From Eledone cirrhosa (taxonomy: Eukaryota): a stretch of DNA of 64,000 bases. This document shows positions 25,269 to 38,318 of this stretch, piece after piece; position 1 is the first letter of the stretch; each line of letters begins with the position of its first letter. The notes beneath the pieces were generated by a model that saw nothing but the letters and a program-made list of their open reading frames with translations, was not told the DNA's origin and searched no databases. Position numbers and translations under genes: made by a program. The stretch covers positions 7,254,001-7,318,000 of the forward strand of contig OZ024765.1 in assembly GCA_964016885.1 (NCBI GenBank), written 5' to 3'.

Positions 25269-25394
25269 CAACCTCGAAAGTGTTAAAGTGTCTGTGAAAG
25301 CCATTCAAATTTGGTATCAACACATTGCGCACAGACATGTCCAGGAGTTCACATACACAGATAAATACATGATCCTTACAAGCAGACAAATTAC

Positions 25395-25524
25395 CTTAAG
25401 GGCTCTCTTGAACAACAAACAGCCACTAAAAAAGAAGAAATATCCTTGCATTTCTGACAGAAATGCTGCCCATTGTGGTTGGTGGAACTGCAGGCTTGCA
25501 ACATTTAACAGCAGCTGGTCAAAA
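25395..25524 (-). CDS. RANBP2: RanBP2 exon 10 (FDQLLL...FLSEMQGYFFFFSGCLLFKRALK)
   Basis: ctccag / gtaatt, 130 nt; EM.G.F...G.LL.K motif. Confidence 0.88.
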
Positions 25525-26460
25525 CTGGAGACAAAACACAAACAATAGTTATTGGTCATCATCAAGACAATAAAATAACTTCTAATAGAACTACATACAC
25601 TGAGCTATGTGTATGTAGATAAATATATACAAGGGTGGGATAAAAAGTTCATAGGCTGACTATAAAGGAATGATATTAGAGCTGTGAAATCTTGCATGCA
25701 TTAATTTCAACTCTTCTTATTAATAACTGCATTGTTTATTTCCAGGGACTATGTTGAAAAACAAACCTCATTTGGTCATTCCATGAGAGTATCTTTGTCA
25801 ACTTATGAACTTTCTAGAAATAGAGTCAGCTGAAACATTCAGAGACTGACTGGAGTGATGCTAGAGATGTAAAATTTTGCATGAATTAATTACAACTCTT
25901 TTAAATAGCTGCATTGTTGCTTTGACCTGGTTGATCACCTTCCCTATTCTCCAGCCTGACTAGGAGTAGGAAGCTGTCATTCCCTGACGTTATCTCTAGG
26001 GATATGGGAATCAGCAGACAGGACCTGGGGGCAGCGATGGGGGACAGGGGATTCTGGGGCATGAGAGTGAGATCCATCATCTCGACAGTAGTCGACGAGT
26101 GATGATGATTCTCCTGATTTGGCCCCATCTGATTATCATGTTCTGCAACATAAAAAATACTTGGCTGGGAACCAGTATCGCAGTCATGAGGGCATCATAT
26201 CTACTGTTGATGTCTTTTGGGACCCACAGGATAAAAACTTCAACAATCAGATCCAAACACTGCAACAATGATAGAGGAAGCGTATGGACTGCAAGGGGGA
26301 CCATCTATATATAAATTCCTGCGATTCTGTCACAACATGTAAAGAGAGAGGAGTAGTTTGACTAGCACATACTACTCCTCTCTCTTTACATCTGCTACCT
26401 GCGTGAATGCATGTGCATTTTTGTAAGCGTGTCTGTGTTTGCACATTCATATTTATATAT

Positions 26461-26805
26461 GGAGGCACATGGCTTAGTGGTTAGAGCATTGGCCTTGCAA
26501 TCGAAAGGTTGTGAGTTCAATTCTCAGACCGGCTGATGTGTTGTTTCCTTGAGCAAGACACTTTATTTCACATTGCTCCATTTTACTCAGCTGTAGAAAT
26601 GAGATGATAGGGACTGGGGTCCATATCATTCCACTGCAAAGTGGTCGTGGAGGTGCCACGGCAAAAAAGCACCCAGCACTCACTGTAAATGAGGTTGGTG
26701 TTAGGAAGGGCATCCAGCTGTAGAAATCAAGCCAGAATCAGTTCCCGTCCCACCCTTGCAAGCAAGGAAAAAGCGGACATAAAATGAAATGAAATGAAAT
26801 GATGA
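26461..26805 (+). mobile_element. tRNA-derived SINE with RTE-type tail, family 1 representative
   Basis: A box TGGCTTAGTGG, B box GAGTTCAATTC, tail of (AAATG/ATG)n. Near-identical copies at 28787-29135(-), 36535-36868(-), 47395-47705(+), 53221-53566(-) and 10525-10909(-). Confidence 0.88.
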
Positions 26806-27521
26806 TACTCATACATATAAATACACACATACACACATGTATACACATACGCGAGTCACTGGAAATAAATTCTAGTGTTAAAAAATAAACCTCATTTGGT
26901 CACATTCCATGAGAGTAACTTAGCCAGCCTATGAACTTTTCAGCCGACCCTTGTATAAGTCATGCTATGAATATTTTAACCCTTTAGCATTCACATTACT
27001 CTATATATACTATTATATTTTCATAGTAAAGGCTTTACCTCACATAATATCGAATCTATGAGATTTTGAAAGTATTCATTTTGAGAACAATACCTTAACA
27101 TCAGTTTGAATGACCAGTTACAGCCAGTTTCAACAGAAAGAGGTAGAGAATTATGGCCGGTTTTGGCTGGTTTGAACATTAAAGGGTTAAGCTATGATCA
27201 TGTCTTAGTAGCCATGTAAGAAGTAGAACTAACATAGTGTGATTCATAACAAACGATATGTTTAATCACTGTTTAATGTCAATTTTCCATGCTAGCATGG
27301 GTTAGACAAATTATTATACCTATTATATATATCATTTATTCGTTATCATTAACATAAGATTATAATCATGTATAATTATCTAACCTTTTTTTACCAGAAA
27401 TTTTTGTTACAGAAGGGCCTCAAATTTCATATAGCTCAGGGCTTCAGCAGGTGAAACCTGGCCCTGACTTCGCCCTAAATGTTGAGAAGGAACAAAAGGA
27501 AAAACCTCAAAGTATACTCAC

Positions 27522-27661
27522 GCATGCAGAGCCTCAGTGATATCAGACACATCCTTAGATGGTAACCATAGCAGCAGCTGTTTACAGTGGGAAAATATCT
27601 TATGGGTGTATACACTGATGTCGGTTGGATTGTGTTCCATGTGGCTGTTGACGTAGGGTAG
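27522..27661 (-). CDS. RANBP2: RanBP2 exon 9 (LPYVNSHMEHNPTD...SKDVSDITEALH)
   Basis: tttcag / gtgagt, 140 nt, open frame, phase-compatible. Confidence 0.8.
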
Positions 27662-28461
27662 CTGAAATGAGTTTGTTAAAACATTTATTTTTTTATTTTA
27701 TACTAACAAAGAAAATATTGGAACGAAGCAGAACAGTGACTGTTGGCCTCAACAGAAAATACTCATGTATTTTGAGAATTTGGTTGGATGTCAACTAATT
27801 AAAATCAAGTGCCGCGGCATACTGCAGATGGCGGTTTTTAAACACACCAGAGTAATGAAACATTTGTTAATACTTGGAATAAACCCTACTATAGAGCTGA
27901 TCCATGTTATTCTTCACTCCTTTATTGTATATATATTTGGCATGGCAATAAAGTCTTTGGAATAACCCTCTCAATGAAAATGCACATGTTGAAACTAAAA
28001 TTAATATATTCTGCAAAACATACATAATCTCCATTGAGTGTAGTAACATCTTTACAGTGCTTAGTCATCTACCACCTCTTCTTTCAAAGATGTTGCTTTA
28101 ATAACTTGAACAACCAACGATCACACAAATTTAATTCAGAACTATAGGGGGATTGTTTGATCATTGCCACTCTTCTCCTCTGGAAAATATCTTTTGTGGA
28201 TTGAGCAGTTTGATGCACGTGTTATAAACTCACAAGAATGACAGCAAAATAATTATGCAGAGGCCTGTGACAAAAAACAACATTCATACAGAATATCACG
28301 CATGACCAGACTGGGGTCTGGTGAGGGAGTTGGTTTAGTCACCAACCACTCGACCATGAAGGAGGTTATACTGGGCTACATGGTAGCAGTAGCAGTAGCA
28401 GGCTGAAGCCTGACCTGACACACTTACAAAACAAAAATATATAATTAAAAATTTGACTTAC

Positions 28462-28623
28462 AGAGTAGAATTCAACAAGATAGTCGTACCATTCAACATT
28501 GAAATCAAAGATATAGAGGGAATCAACAGAGACAGCATGGGCAATAGCAGTATCGATACGTTTGCTCTCTACATACAACTTCAATAACTTGATGCGGATA
28601 TGAACATTGCCTGGTTTCTTCAC
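28462..28623 (-). CDS. RANBP2: RanBP2 exon 8 (VKKPGNVHIRIKLLKLY...EWYDYLVEFYS)
   Basis: ttgtag / gtaagt, 162 nt; in ORF track. Confidence 0.88.
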
Positions 28624-28654
28624 CTACAATAAATATTAACAGTTACAATATATA

Positions 28655-29385
28655 CCAATGGACGGCAACATTAACACGCACCATATACAACAATGGAGCT
28701 AAAGGAGAGCGAGGCACTGCTCCACCAGAACAGATACAAACTATGCAGTGTGAAAATGCCTAAACAGACTAAGATCTGGTGTTCAACATCATCATCATCA
28801 TCATCATTTCATTTTACGTCCGCTTTTCCATGCTTGCAAGGGTGGGACGGGAACTGATTCTGGCTTGATTTCTACAGCTGGATGCCCTTCCTAACACCAA
28901 CCTCATTTACAGTGAGTGCTGGGTGCTTTTTTGCCGTGGCACCTCCACGACCACTTTGCAGTGGAATGATATGGACCCCCAGTCCCTATCATCTCATTTC
29001 TACAGCTGAGTAAACTGGAGCAATGTAAAATAAAGTGTCTTGCTCAAGGAAACAACACATCACCCGGTCCGAGAATTGAACTGACAACCTTTCGATTGCA
29101 AGGCCAATGCTCTAACCACTAAGCCATGTGCCTCCATGTTGGACATGCAAAAGTTGATCTTGCAAAATGGGGATATTTAAAGCATGGAGACATTGTGTGT
29201 GTGACTGCGGCATGGAACCACAGACTACGCAGCATCTCCAGATATGCCTCCTGCTGGAACACCCCTGTACAGTATTGGACTTGGCAGAGTTTAATGAGAA
29301 AGGACAGCAATGTGTTCAGCTGTGGTGGGACCACGTCTCGCCAAGCTTTGTAACTGACTCTCTTGTGGACACGATAAGAAGAACC
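28655..29385 (+). mobile_element. Second Vingi-like LINE fragment, split by a SINE at about 28787..29135
   Basis: The two flanks join into sequence similar to 11340..11660. Confidence 0.65.
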
Positions 29386-29419
29386 ATGTGCACACACATA
29401 TGTATACATAAATACATAT

Positions 29420-29468
<49 letters not shown>

Positions 29469-29499
29469 ATACACATATACATACATATATATACATAAG

Positions 29500-30592
29500 G
29501 TGCATTTTAGTGTGGCACCGTGTATTTTATCATGACCCCAGCAGTATCATCACTTTACAGAGTGTACTGGGTGCATTTTATCATGGCACCAGTAGCACCA
29601 CTTTACAGAGTGTACTGGGTGCATTTTATCATGGCACCAGTAGGACCACTTTACAGAGTGTACTGGGTGCATTTTATCATGGCACCAGTAGCACCACTTT
29701 ACAGAATGTACTGGGTGCATTTTATCATGGCACCAGTAGCACCACTTTACAGAGTGTACTGGGTGCATTTTATCATGGCACCAGTCGGACCACTTTACAG
29801 AATGTACTGGGTGCATTTTATCATGGCACCAGTAGCACCACTTTACAGAGTGTACTGGGTGCATTTTATCATGGCACCAGTCGGACCACTTTACAGAGTG
29901 TACTGGGTGCATTTTACCATGGCACCAGTCGGACCACTTTACAGAGTGTACTGGGTGCATTTTATCATGGCACCAGTAGCACCACTTTACAGAGTGTACT
30001 GGGTGCATTTTATCATGGCACCAGTCGGACCACTTTACAGAGTGTACTGGGTGCATTTTATCATGGCACCAGTCGGACCACTTTACAGAGTGTACTGGGT
30101 GCATTTTATCATGGCACCAGTAGCACCACTTTACAGAGTGTACTGGGTGCATTTTATCATGGCACCAGTAGCACCACTTTACAGAGTGTACTGGGTGCAT
30201 TTTATCATGGCACCAGTAGCACCACTTTACAGAGTGTACTGGGTGCATTTTACCATGGCACCAGTAGCACCACTTTACAGAGTGTACTGGGTGCATTTTA
30301 CCATGGCACCAGTAGCACCACTTTACAGAGTGTACTGGGTGCATTTTACCATGGCACCAGTAGCACCACTTTACAGAGTGTACTGGGTGCATTTTATCAT
30401 GGCACCAGTAGCACCACTTTACAGAGTGTACTGGGTGCATTTTATCATGGCACCAGTAGCACCACTTTACAGAGTGTACTGGGTGCATTTTATCATGGCA
30501 CCAGAAGCACCACTTTACAGAGTGTACTGGGTGCATTTTATCATGGCACCAGTAGCACCACTTTACAGAGTGTACTGGGTGCATTTTATCAT
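29500..30592. repeat. 48-bp minisatellite, about 22 copies, SINE-derived
   Basis: Unit gcattttatcatggcaccagtagcaccactttacagagtgtactgggt. Confidence 0.95.
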
Positions 30593-31239
30593 GTAGATCA
30601 GTGGTGGCCAACATGGGTTCCGCGGAACCTTGGGGTTCCGTAAAACAAACTCCGGGTTCCTTAAAAAAATAAATATTTACATTACCATTAATATTTGGGG
30701 TTTTCTGAAAAAGGTGCAAAGAAAATGCCAAAAGTGCAATGTATAAATGAACAGGTACTATTGTACTGTACACAGGTTCCCCCGCTCCAATTCGTGGAAA
30801 ACACTACTTTTAGTTTCTCACTTGAATTAGCAGAAAAACACTGTTCTGAGATTCGTGAAAATTGAATACTTGCAATTTCACATCAATTCTTGGAAAGACA
30901 GTTTTCTGAATTCCGAGAATTTGACTATTACTGATAATACACTAATTCATCATCACCGTTTTACGTCCGTTCTTCCACGCTAGCATGGGTTAGACGGGTT
31001 GTCCTGTTGTGGGCAGTGTCTGGTCGGCTGACCATGCCTTGCTCATACAGGAACTGATCTGGCTTGATTTCTACAGCTGGATGCCCTTCCTAACACCAAC
31101 CTCATTTACAGTGAGTGCTGGGTGCTTTTTCGTGGCGCCTACACGTCCACTTTACAGTGTGGGCTGGGTGCTTTTTTGCCGTGGCACCTCCACGACCACC
31201 TTGCGGTGGGGGGGGGGGGGGGGGGGGGCATATTGTTTA

Positions 31240-32052
31240 TATGCTTCAGCATGTACCCATGGGAGGTCGGGTACCCTGTATTACTGCGTGACGCCAGAAG
31301 TCACGGTCGTGTGTCATTGACTTTGAGAGGTGTAGTTGGGTAAGGTCGGCTTTTATCACCTCATCCCAAGTCATCTTGGGTCTCCCCACTCCGCGGTTTC
31401 CATCAACTTCTAGTGCTCTGCACCTTTTTATGCAGCTGTCATCCTTCATACGCATCACATGTCCATACCAGCGTAACCGCCTCTCCTGCACGCAGCATTT
31501 GATTCCTCTTATGCTCAGTCTCTCTCTCAATTCATTTATGCTTTGTCGTTCGCGTATATTACTGTTACACATCCATCGGAGCATGCAGGCTTCGTTTCTC
31601 TCTAATCTACGTAAGTCTTCCACCTTCAGCGCCCAGGTCTCACTACCATGCAACATCGCTGTTCGGATACACGCATCATACAGTCTGCCTTTCATTCTGA
31701 GGGAGAAGCCTTTTGCAGCTAGCAGTGGTAGTAGTTCCCTAAACTTCTTCCATCCCGTTCTTACCCTAGTTATTGTACTTTCTGAGCACCCACCTCCGTT
31801 GCTAATTCGGTCACCTAGGTAGCAGAAGCTGTCTACTGTTTCTACAGGGCCCTCCCAGAGATTGGTGGTACTTGTTTCCTGTGGCTGTTTGCTTGCTGTT
31901 TCAGCACAGCTGCTGCATGTGAATCCTACATTCTTAATTAAGCTTCCTGAGATCCCGCTACATCTCTTGTGTACCCATTGTTTGCATTTGGGGCAAAGAA
32001 TGGAGTTCCTACCTACACCTTTCCTACATACTGAACAAGGCCATTTCCCTGA
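31240..32052 (-). mobile_element. 5'-truncated RTE LINE nested in the hAT, with a PHD-like finger
   Basis: Open frame GKWPCSVCRKGVGRNSILCPKCKQWVHKRC...CSSC...FCYLGD...GWKKFRELLPLL...RRLRWYGHV. Confidence 0.88.
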
Positions 32053-32589
32053 AATTGACCAATCACGAACAAGTAAATGTTGGTCGATGACAGCATAACT
32101 TTTAACTGAAAACTTCAGTTCAGCCTAAAGCCTAAAGCCTTCTTATATTATATCTAACTTTGAGTCAAAATAGATAGAAGATATCTGAATTAATTTCCAA
32201 TACCATCGTCACATCTACACTATCAGCTGATTTGCATTTTTTGCACCTTTTAGTATGGCGGATATTTAAATATATTTACATTACCAATAATATTTAATAC
32301 GACCCTAAAGTAGTATATGCAGGAAGTGCTGGACTCTGAAAAAAATTTCTTCTAGTTGTTCATAAATTTGCACCTTTTTCAGTAACCCCTAATATTTTAA
32401 TATGTTTGCCATCCTAAAATGGAGAAATTTCAATTTTTTTTTAATTAAAATTTTTTTTTAACTAGTCAAGTTTTTCCAAATATCTAAAATTAAAGTTAAT
32501 TTAAGTACTTTTTGTAATTAAAAAAACTTAATTTCTCTTGTTTATTAATGTCATATTAAAAATGTTAACTGTAGATAAATAACATTGAT

Positions 32590-34490
32590 ATGATGTCTAC
32601 TGCAAAGAAGCTGAAGTTAGATACCAGCAGTAAGGTTAGACAGTGGTGTGATGATTATGTTAGATATGGATTTCAAAAAGCTGACACTAAAAAAGATACA
32701 CCAGATCAGCCCATGTGTTTGCGATGTTCAAAAGTTCTATCAAATAGCTGTTTAAATCCTGCAAAACTTAAAAGACACCTTGATACTAATCACACCAATG
32801 ATAAAAACAAGTCACTGGAATACTTTACTTCACTGAAAAACAACATAAAAAAATCACAAGTTAATATGTATGACTTGTTTTGTAAAAAGTCAGATAGAAA
32901 TAAAGCTTTAACAAGAACATCTTTTGAGATTTCACATTTGATTGGTAAAAACAAGAAAACATTTACATTAAGAGAACAGTTCATTCTGCCAAGTATAAAA
33001 ATTGCTACAGAGAATCTTTTTGAAAGCTGCAGTATTAAGGACAAAGAAAAATTAAGCCAGTTACCATTGTCAGCAAATACCGTAAAAAGAGGGATAATTG
33101 ATATTTCTTCTGATATAGAAAATCAGATACTAACTGCACTAAAGAAAAGCCCATGTTTTGGTCTGCAAGTGGACGAAACTACGGATATTAATAACAAGGC
33201 TCAATTAATTTGCTATGTACGGTTTGTAGACCTTGATAAAAAAGAATTAGTAGAAGAGTATTTGTTTTGTCTGGCATTAGACATCACAACTAAAGGTCAA
33301 GATATATTCAATAAAATTGAAGAGTATTTTTTTTTAAATGGTGTATCTTGGAGCAAGTTGACTTCAATAACAACAGATGGAGCAGCTGCAATGACTGGTA
33401 AAAATTCTGGTTTGATTGCAAAAATTAAAGAACAGACCCCAAATTGTATTTCAAATCATTGTATAATTCATCCAGAGGATTTGTGTTAAAAAAAATTCAA
33501 AGACAGAGATGCTCAAATATTAAATGACCAGCTGAAAGACATTGTCAAAACTATCAATTTGATCCATGCAAGAGCAAAAAATTCTAGAATGTTTGAATCT
33601 ATTTGTGAATCTTCTGGAAGTAATTATAATAGATTGTTATTGAACAATGATGTGCGTTGGCTGTCTTTTGGGGATGCTATGAAGAGAGTTTTTGAACTGA
33701 GAGAAGAAATAATAGTTTTTCTAAAAAAACAGAATGATGAAAGAGCAAGTGTATTAGAAACCAATGAATGGAATGTGCAACTCGCTTATTTAGTAGACAT
33801 TTTTGGAGAACTGAACAAACTAAATAAGTGTCTTCAGGGTAACAATGCAGATATTTTTACTTCAATCAATTTTATTACATATTTTCAATCAAAATTAAAC
33901 ATCTTTATAAAAAGAATTGAATCGGACAATTACTTTCAAACCTTGAAATAGAGCTTAAAAAGAGAGAAAATTTTGACTCCAGCAATCTAAAGAAGATTAT
34001 TCTTTCTCATTTAAATGTGCTTTCCACAGGTTTTTCAGATTATTTTGACTTGATGGAAAAAGATATTGTTAGCGGAAATTTATGGATAAAAACCCGTTCA
34101 CCGAGATCGAGCAGTTAGTGTCAGAAAATGACGCTGGAAATTGTAAAAATTTACTACCTGCCCAATGCTTACATCAGTTGATGGATTTGAATTCAAACGA
34201 AGACCTGAAAGTGATATTCGAAAGCAGAAAGAAAGAACTATGGATCGACTTATTCTTGATTGGAGAGTTTAATGAAATCAGCCAACTTGCATTGAAGTAT
34301 TTGACTTTATTCCCATCTAGCTATTTGTGCGAAAAAGGGTTTTCGCAGTTGGTGGAAATCTGCACAAAGAAGAGGAATAAACTGTCAGCAATTGACGAGT
34401 GTATGAGACTGGCATTAATTAACTAGTGTTGAACCTCGATTTTCTAAACTCACGGATGAGGTGCAGCAGCAGAAAAGCCATTGTGTTCGA
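32590..34490 (+). pseudogene. Buster-type transposase with a premature stop (33487-33489) and frameshifts (about 33950 and 34420)
   Basis: BED finger (C..C...KLKRHL..NH), FGLQVDETTD, ITTDGAAAMTG, HCIIH, VRWLS, SYLCEKGFS, C-terminal QQQKSH. Confidence 0.9.
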
Positions 34491-34859
34491 TTACATACAC
34501 ACGCATGAAACACTAAAATAAATAAATACTTTATTATTTTTTTTGAAAAGTTTTGTATTGTATAGGTTCCGTGAAGAATTCAAAATATTTAGAGGGTTCC
34601 TTGGTTTTAGAAAGGTTGGCGACCACTGATGTAGATGACCAACACTATGAAGCTTGTTTTGTCATTGACACAGCTGAATAGTCAGTTCTAAAACAGGGCT
34701 ACTGTCCTCCCAGTTGAGCTAGGGGTCTGCATCTTGCTTATTTACATTCCAGTGTTTTCATGCAGAGTGCATTTTGATTGTACCCATCACTAGGAAGGTT
34801 GTCATATCTTTGACACAGCTGGAGGGTCCTCCCAAACCTTTCTCAGGTTTTCTTCTCCT

Positions 34860-35572
34860 GGATCCTTGCTCTTCCTATCACCAACCACTTTACAGAATGT
34901 ACTGGGTGTATTTTATCATGTCATCAGCACTAAGGAGGTACTCCTAAACCTTTGCCAAGTTTTTTACAGCTAGATGGATGCTCTTCCTATCACCAACCAC
35001 TTTACAGAATGTACTGGGTGTATTTTATCATGTCATCAGCACTAAGGAGGTACTCCTAAACCTTTGCCAAATTTTTTACAGCTAGATGGATGTCCTTTCT
35101 ATCACCAACCACTTTACAGAATGTACTGGGTGTATTTTATCATGTCATCAGCACTAAGGAGGTACTCCTAAACCTTTGCCAAGTTTTTTACAGCTAGATG
35201 GATGTCCTTTCTATCACCAACCACTTTACAGAATGTACTGGGTGTATTTTATCATGTCATCAGCACTAAGGAGGTACTCCTAAACCTTTGCCAAATGTTT
35301 TACAGTTAGATGGATGTCCTTTCTATCACCAACCACTTTACAGAATGTACTGGGTGTATTTTATCATGTCATCAGCACTAAGGAGGTACTCCTAAACCTT
35401 TGCCAAGTTTTTTACAGCTAGATGGATGTCCTTCCTATCACCAACCACTTTACAGAATGTACTGGGTGTATTTTATCATGTCATCAGCACTAAGGAGGTA
35501 CTCCTAAACCTTTGCCAAGTTTTTTACAGTTAGATGGATGCTCTTCCTATCACCAACCACTTTACAGAATGT
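34860..35572. repeat. 112-bp tandem repeat x6, SINE-derived
   Basis: tcatcagcactaaggagg recurs every 112 bp from 34921. Confidence 0.92.
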
Positions 35573-35669
35573 AGAGTGCATAAAAAAATAAAAAAATTAA
35601 CAAACATGGGGACAATGTATTTTGTTAGAAATATGGGTGACAAGACCAGATTAATTAAGGAGCACTCAC

Positions 35670-35738
35670 AAGTTCATTTTTAAAGAAGTTCTCCAGCTCA
35701 GTAGGGTTACCATCACTTTCAGCATCAATAAGTTTTTC
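35670..35738 (-). CDS. RANBP2: RanBP2 exon 7 (EKLIDAESDGNPTELENFFKNEL)
   Basis: tttccag / gtgagt, 69 nt. Confidence 0.82.
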
Positions 35739-37105
35739 CTGGAAAGGAATAAATAAATAAATGAATAAATAAAAATGAGCGATTTTTTTAAATGAATTAA
35801 AAAATCAGTTTTTAAAAAAATGTTTATACAGTTTTAGAAAAATAATAAAGTCTGCCCCCAGCTCAGGAGGTTCTTAAGGCCAGTGGTTATCCACAGTTTC
35901 ATTTTTAAGTCGATTATATTACCCCCTAGTACTTTTTTTATTTTATAGACCTCAGAAGGATAAAAATCTGTCTGTAGTCCAGGTGCTCATCAGGTCGGTG
36001 TTTATCCCAGATTTCATTGTTCAACAGTATTAATCGACTCAGAGTACAAAGCTTCTCCTTGGAAATGACACCAGTCCATCACAGGGTTAACCTCTCACCT
36101 ACTTCTGCTGGCTGTCATTTTCAGACAGTATACCGGGGGGGGGGGGGGGGGGGGCACTGTGAAATGAAGTGTTTTGCTCAAGAACACAAAAAGAAAATAA
36201 AGCTAAAACTGAATGTGGTAAAAATATCGACACTAGAGAATTTGTCCCGTCTATACAGAGTGTACTAGGCGCATTTTATCATAGCACAAGCACTTGAGAT
36301 GGTATCTTTCACACACCTGAAAAATCTTCCTGATATTTTCTTTGGCATGTTTATTTATGGCTTGATGTCCTTCCTATCACCGAACACTTTACAGAGTGTA
36401 CTGAATGCATTTTTATAGCACCAGCACAAGTGAGGTTGTCATGTCTTGGGCTCAATTTTTATGGCTTGAAGCCCTTCCTATCACCACCCACTTTACAGAG
36501 TGTACTAGGTAAAGTACATGTGGGATGTTATATATCATCATTTCATTTTACGTCTGCTTTTCCCTGCTTGCAAGGGTGGGATGGGAACTGATTCTGGCTT
36601 GATTTCTACAGCTGGATGCCTTCCTAACACCAACCTCATTTACAGTGAGTGCTGGGTGCTTTTTTGCCGTGGCACCTCCACGACCACTTTGCAGTGGAAT
36701 GATAGGGACCCCAGTCCCTATCATCTCATTTCTACAGCTGAGTAAACTGGAGCAATGTGAAATAAAGTGTCGTGCTCAAGGAATCAACACATCACCCAGT
36801 CTGAGAATTGAACTCACAACCTTTCGATTGCAAGGCCAATGCTCTAACCACTAAGCCATGTGCCTCCATATATATATATCTCAAAAATGACTGACTCAAT
36901 ATATGTCTTCTTTCTCAAGTTTTTCTCTGTCCCTTCCTCTCCTCACTCTCTATCTATCTTTCTATTTCATCTTTTATTTATTATTATTCTATCTCTTGAT
37001 GAAGGACTAGTGTCCAAAACGTCAAGACTATTATTTCAAGTGTTAAACGTTCAAACAACAATGATGATGATGATATATGCCAAGTAAAACAACAAACACA
37101 CTTAC

Positions 37106-37165
37106 CTTTAAATGGAATACAACTTCACTACCCTGGACCACACTTTCAGCTTTTTCAATCCAATA
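37106..37165 (-). CDS. RANBP2: RanBP2 exon 6 (YWIEKAESVVQGSEVVFHLK)
   Basis: ttttaag / gtaagt, 60 nt; matches the YW.E+A...V++LK motif. Confidence 0.85.
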
Positions 37166-37534
37166 CTTAAAAATAAATAAATAAAATGTCAGTATTCTTT
37201 AAGAAAAAAATCCCTAGTATGGCACTTTTAAGTTGTCTATTCAGGGAGTTTTCTTCCTTGCTAAAGAAAATGGCAGCCATCCATCTACCTATCTATCTAC
37301 ATACTATATATAATTGAGTAAGAGTCGATCCCTTGTAAATGTCGACCCACTAGTTTTGGCCTCAAAATCTGGAATTTTCCAAAGACCTTGTCTAAAAGTC
37401 AACCCTAGTATTTCATGAATAACAGGTCAATATTTGTGGTATTTAACTCTTTAGCCTTTACATTACTGTATATTTACTATTGTATTTTCACAGTAAAGGC
37501 TTTATCTCACATAATATCGAATCTATGAGATTTT

Positions 37535-37849
37535 AAACGTGTCTTGGAAGGAACACCCAACAAATAAGGATCTCTATGGCAATATACCACCTATCAGCAG
37601 GTCAATACGTAGACAGAGACTCAGATTTGCTGGCCACTGTTGCCGCAGCAAGGAAGAAATAGCAGGTGATGTGTTGTTATGGAGTCCATCTCATGGAGCA
37701 AGAAACGCTGGTCATCCCAAGAAGACATACGTCAAGCAACTTGAGGACGATACTGGATGCACTGCGGAAGAACTGGCAAACGCTATGAGAGACAGAGATG
37801 GATGGAGGAAACGTGTCGTAGAAAGCCGAGCAAGCTCGACCTGATGATG
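37535..37849 (+). mobile_element. RTE-superfamily (Proto2/RTE-X-like) LINE 3' end inserted in a piggyBac-like MITE
   Basis: RLRFAGHC.R...LLW.P.HG.R..G.P..TY..QL..DTG; (TGA)n tail; 10-bp TSD atgagatttt. Confidence 0.8.
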
Positions 37850-38318
37850 ATGAGATTTTGATATTTATTTTGAGAACAATACCTTAACATCAGTATGAGT
37901 GGCTGTTACAGTCGGTTTGAACAGAAAGAGGTGAGAGAATTCTGGCTGGATATGGCCGGTTTAAATGCTGTAATCAGCCGCTCATACTTATGTTATGGTA
38001 TTCTCAAAATAAATAACACCAAAATCTCATAGCTTCGATATTATGTGAGATAAAGCCTTTACTGTGAAAATACAATACAAAGCGTGAAAAAATATATATT
38101 GCCACGAAAAAAGCCATTAAAAAATCGCGGAAGATATTTACCAGAAAGATGCAGTAGTTTCCATGAACAATTATCAGTTAGATTCTAAGGAAAATTCCGC
38201 GAATAACCAGGACTCAAAAGTAATATTCATGTAATAGTCAACCCTACAAATTTAGCCTTAAAAATGGTCTAAAAAAATTCAAATTCACATTCATATATAT
38301 ATATATATATATATATAT

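Larger units (their letters stand above)
30599..34628 (+). mobile_element. Buster/Charlie-family hAT DNA transposon, 4030 bp including nested retroelements
   Basis: TIRs CAGTGGTGGCCAACAT and CAGTGGTCGCCAACCT; 8-bp TSD atgTAgat at 30591-30598 and 34629-34636 (nnnTAnnn). Confidence 0.93.

Noticed and set aside
25930-26320. Coding-looking segment in intron 9
   Set aside because: Not needed for the RanBP2 frame, has stops in the candidate frames and no family I can recognise; possibly a decayed retroelement.
29500-30592. CRISPR-like array or 350-400 aa repeat proteins
   Set aside because: Contiguous 48-bp tandem units with no unique spacers and no cas genes, inside a eukaryotic intron; the ORFs arise because 48 is divisible by 3.
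34921-35490. CTGATGA repeated on the minus strand of the 112-bp array as possible tandem hammerheads
   Set aside because: No stem II, no GAAA at the required position and no stem I or III pairing.
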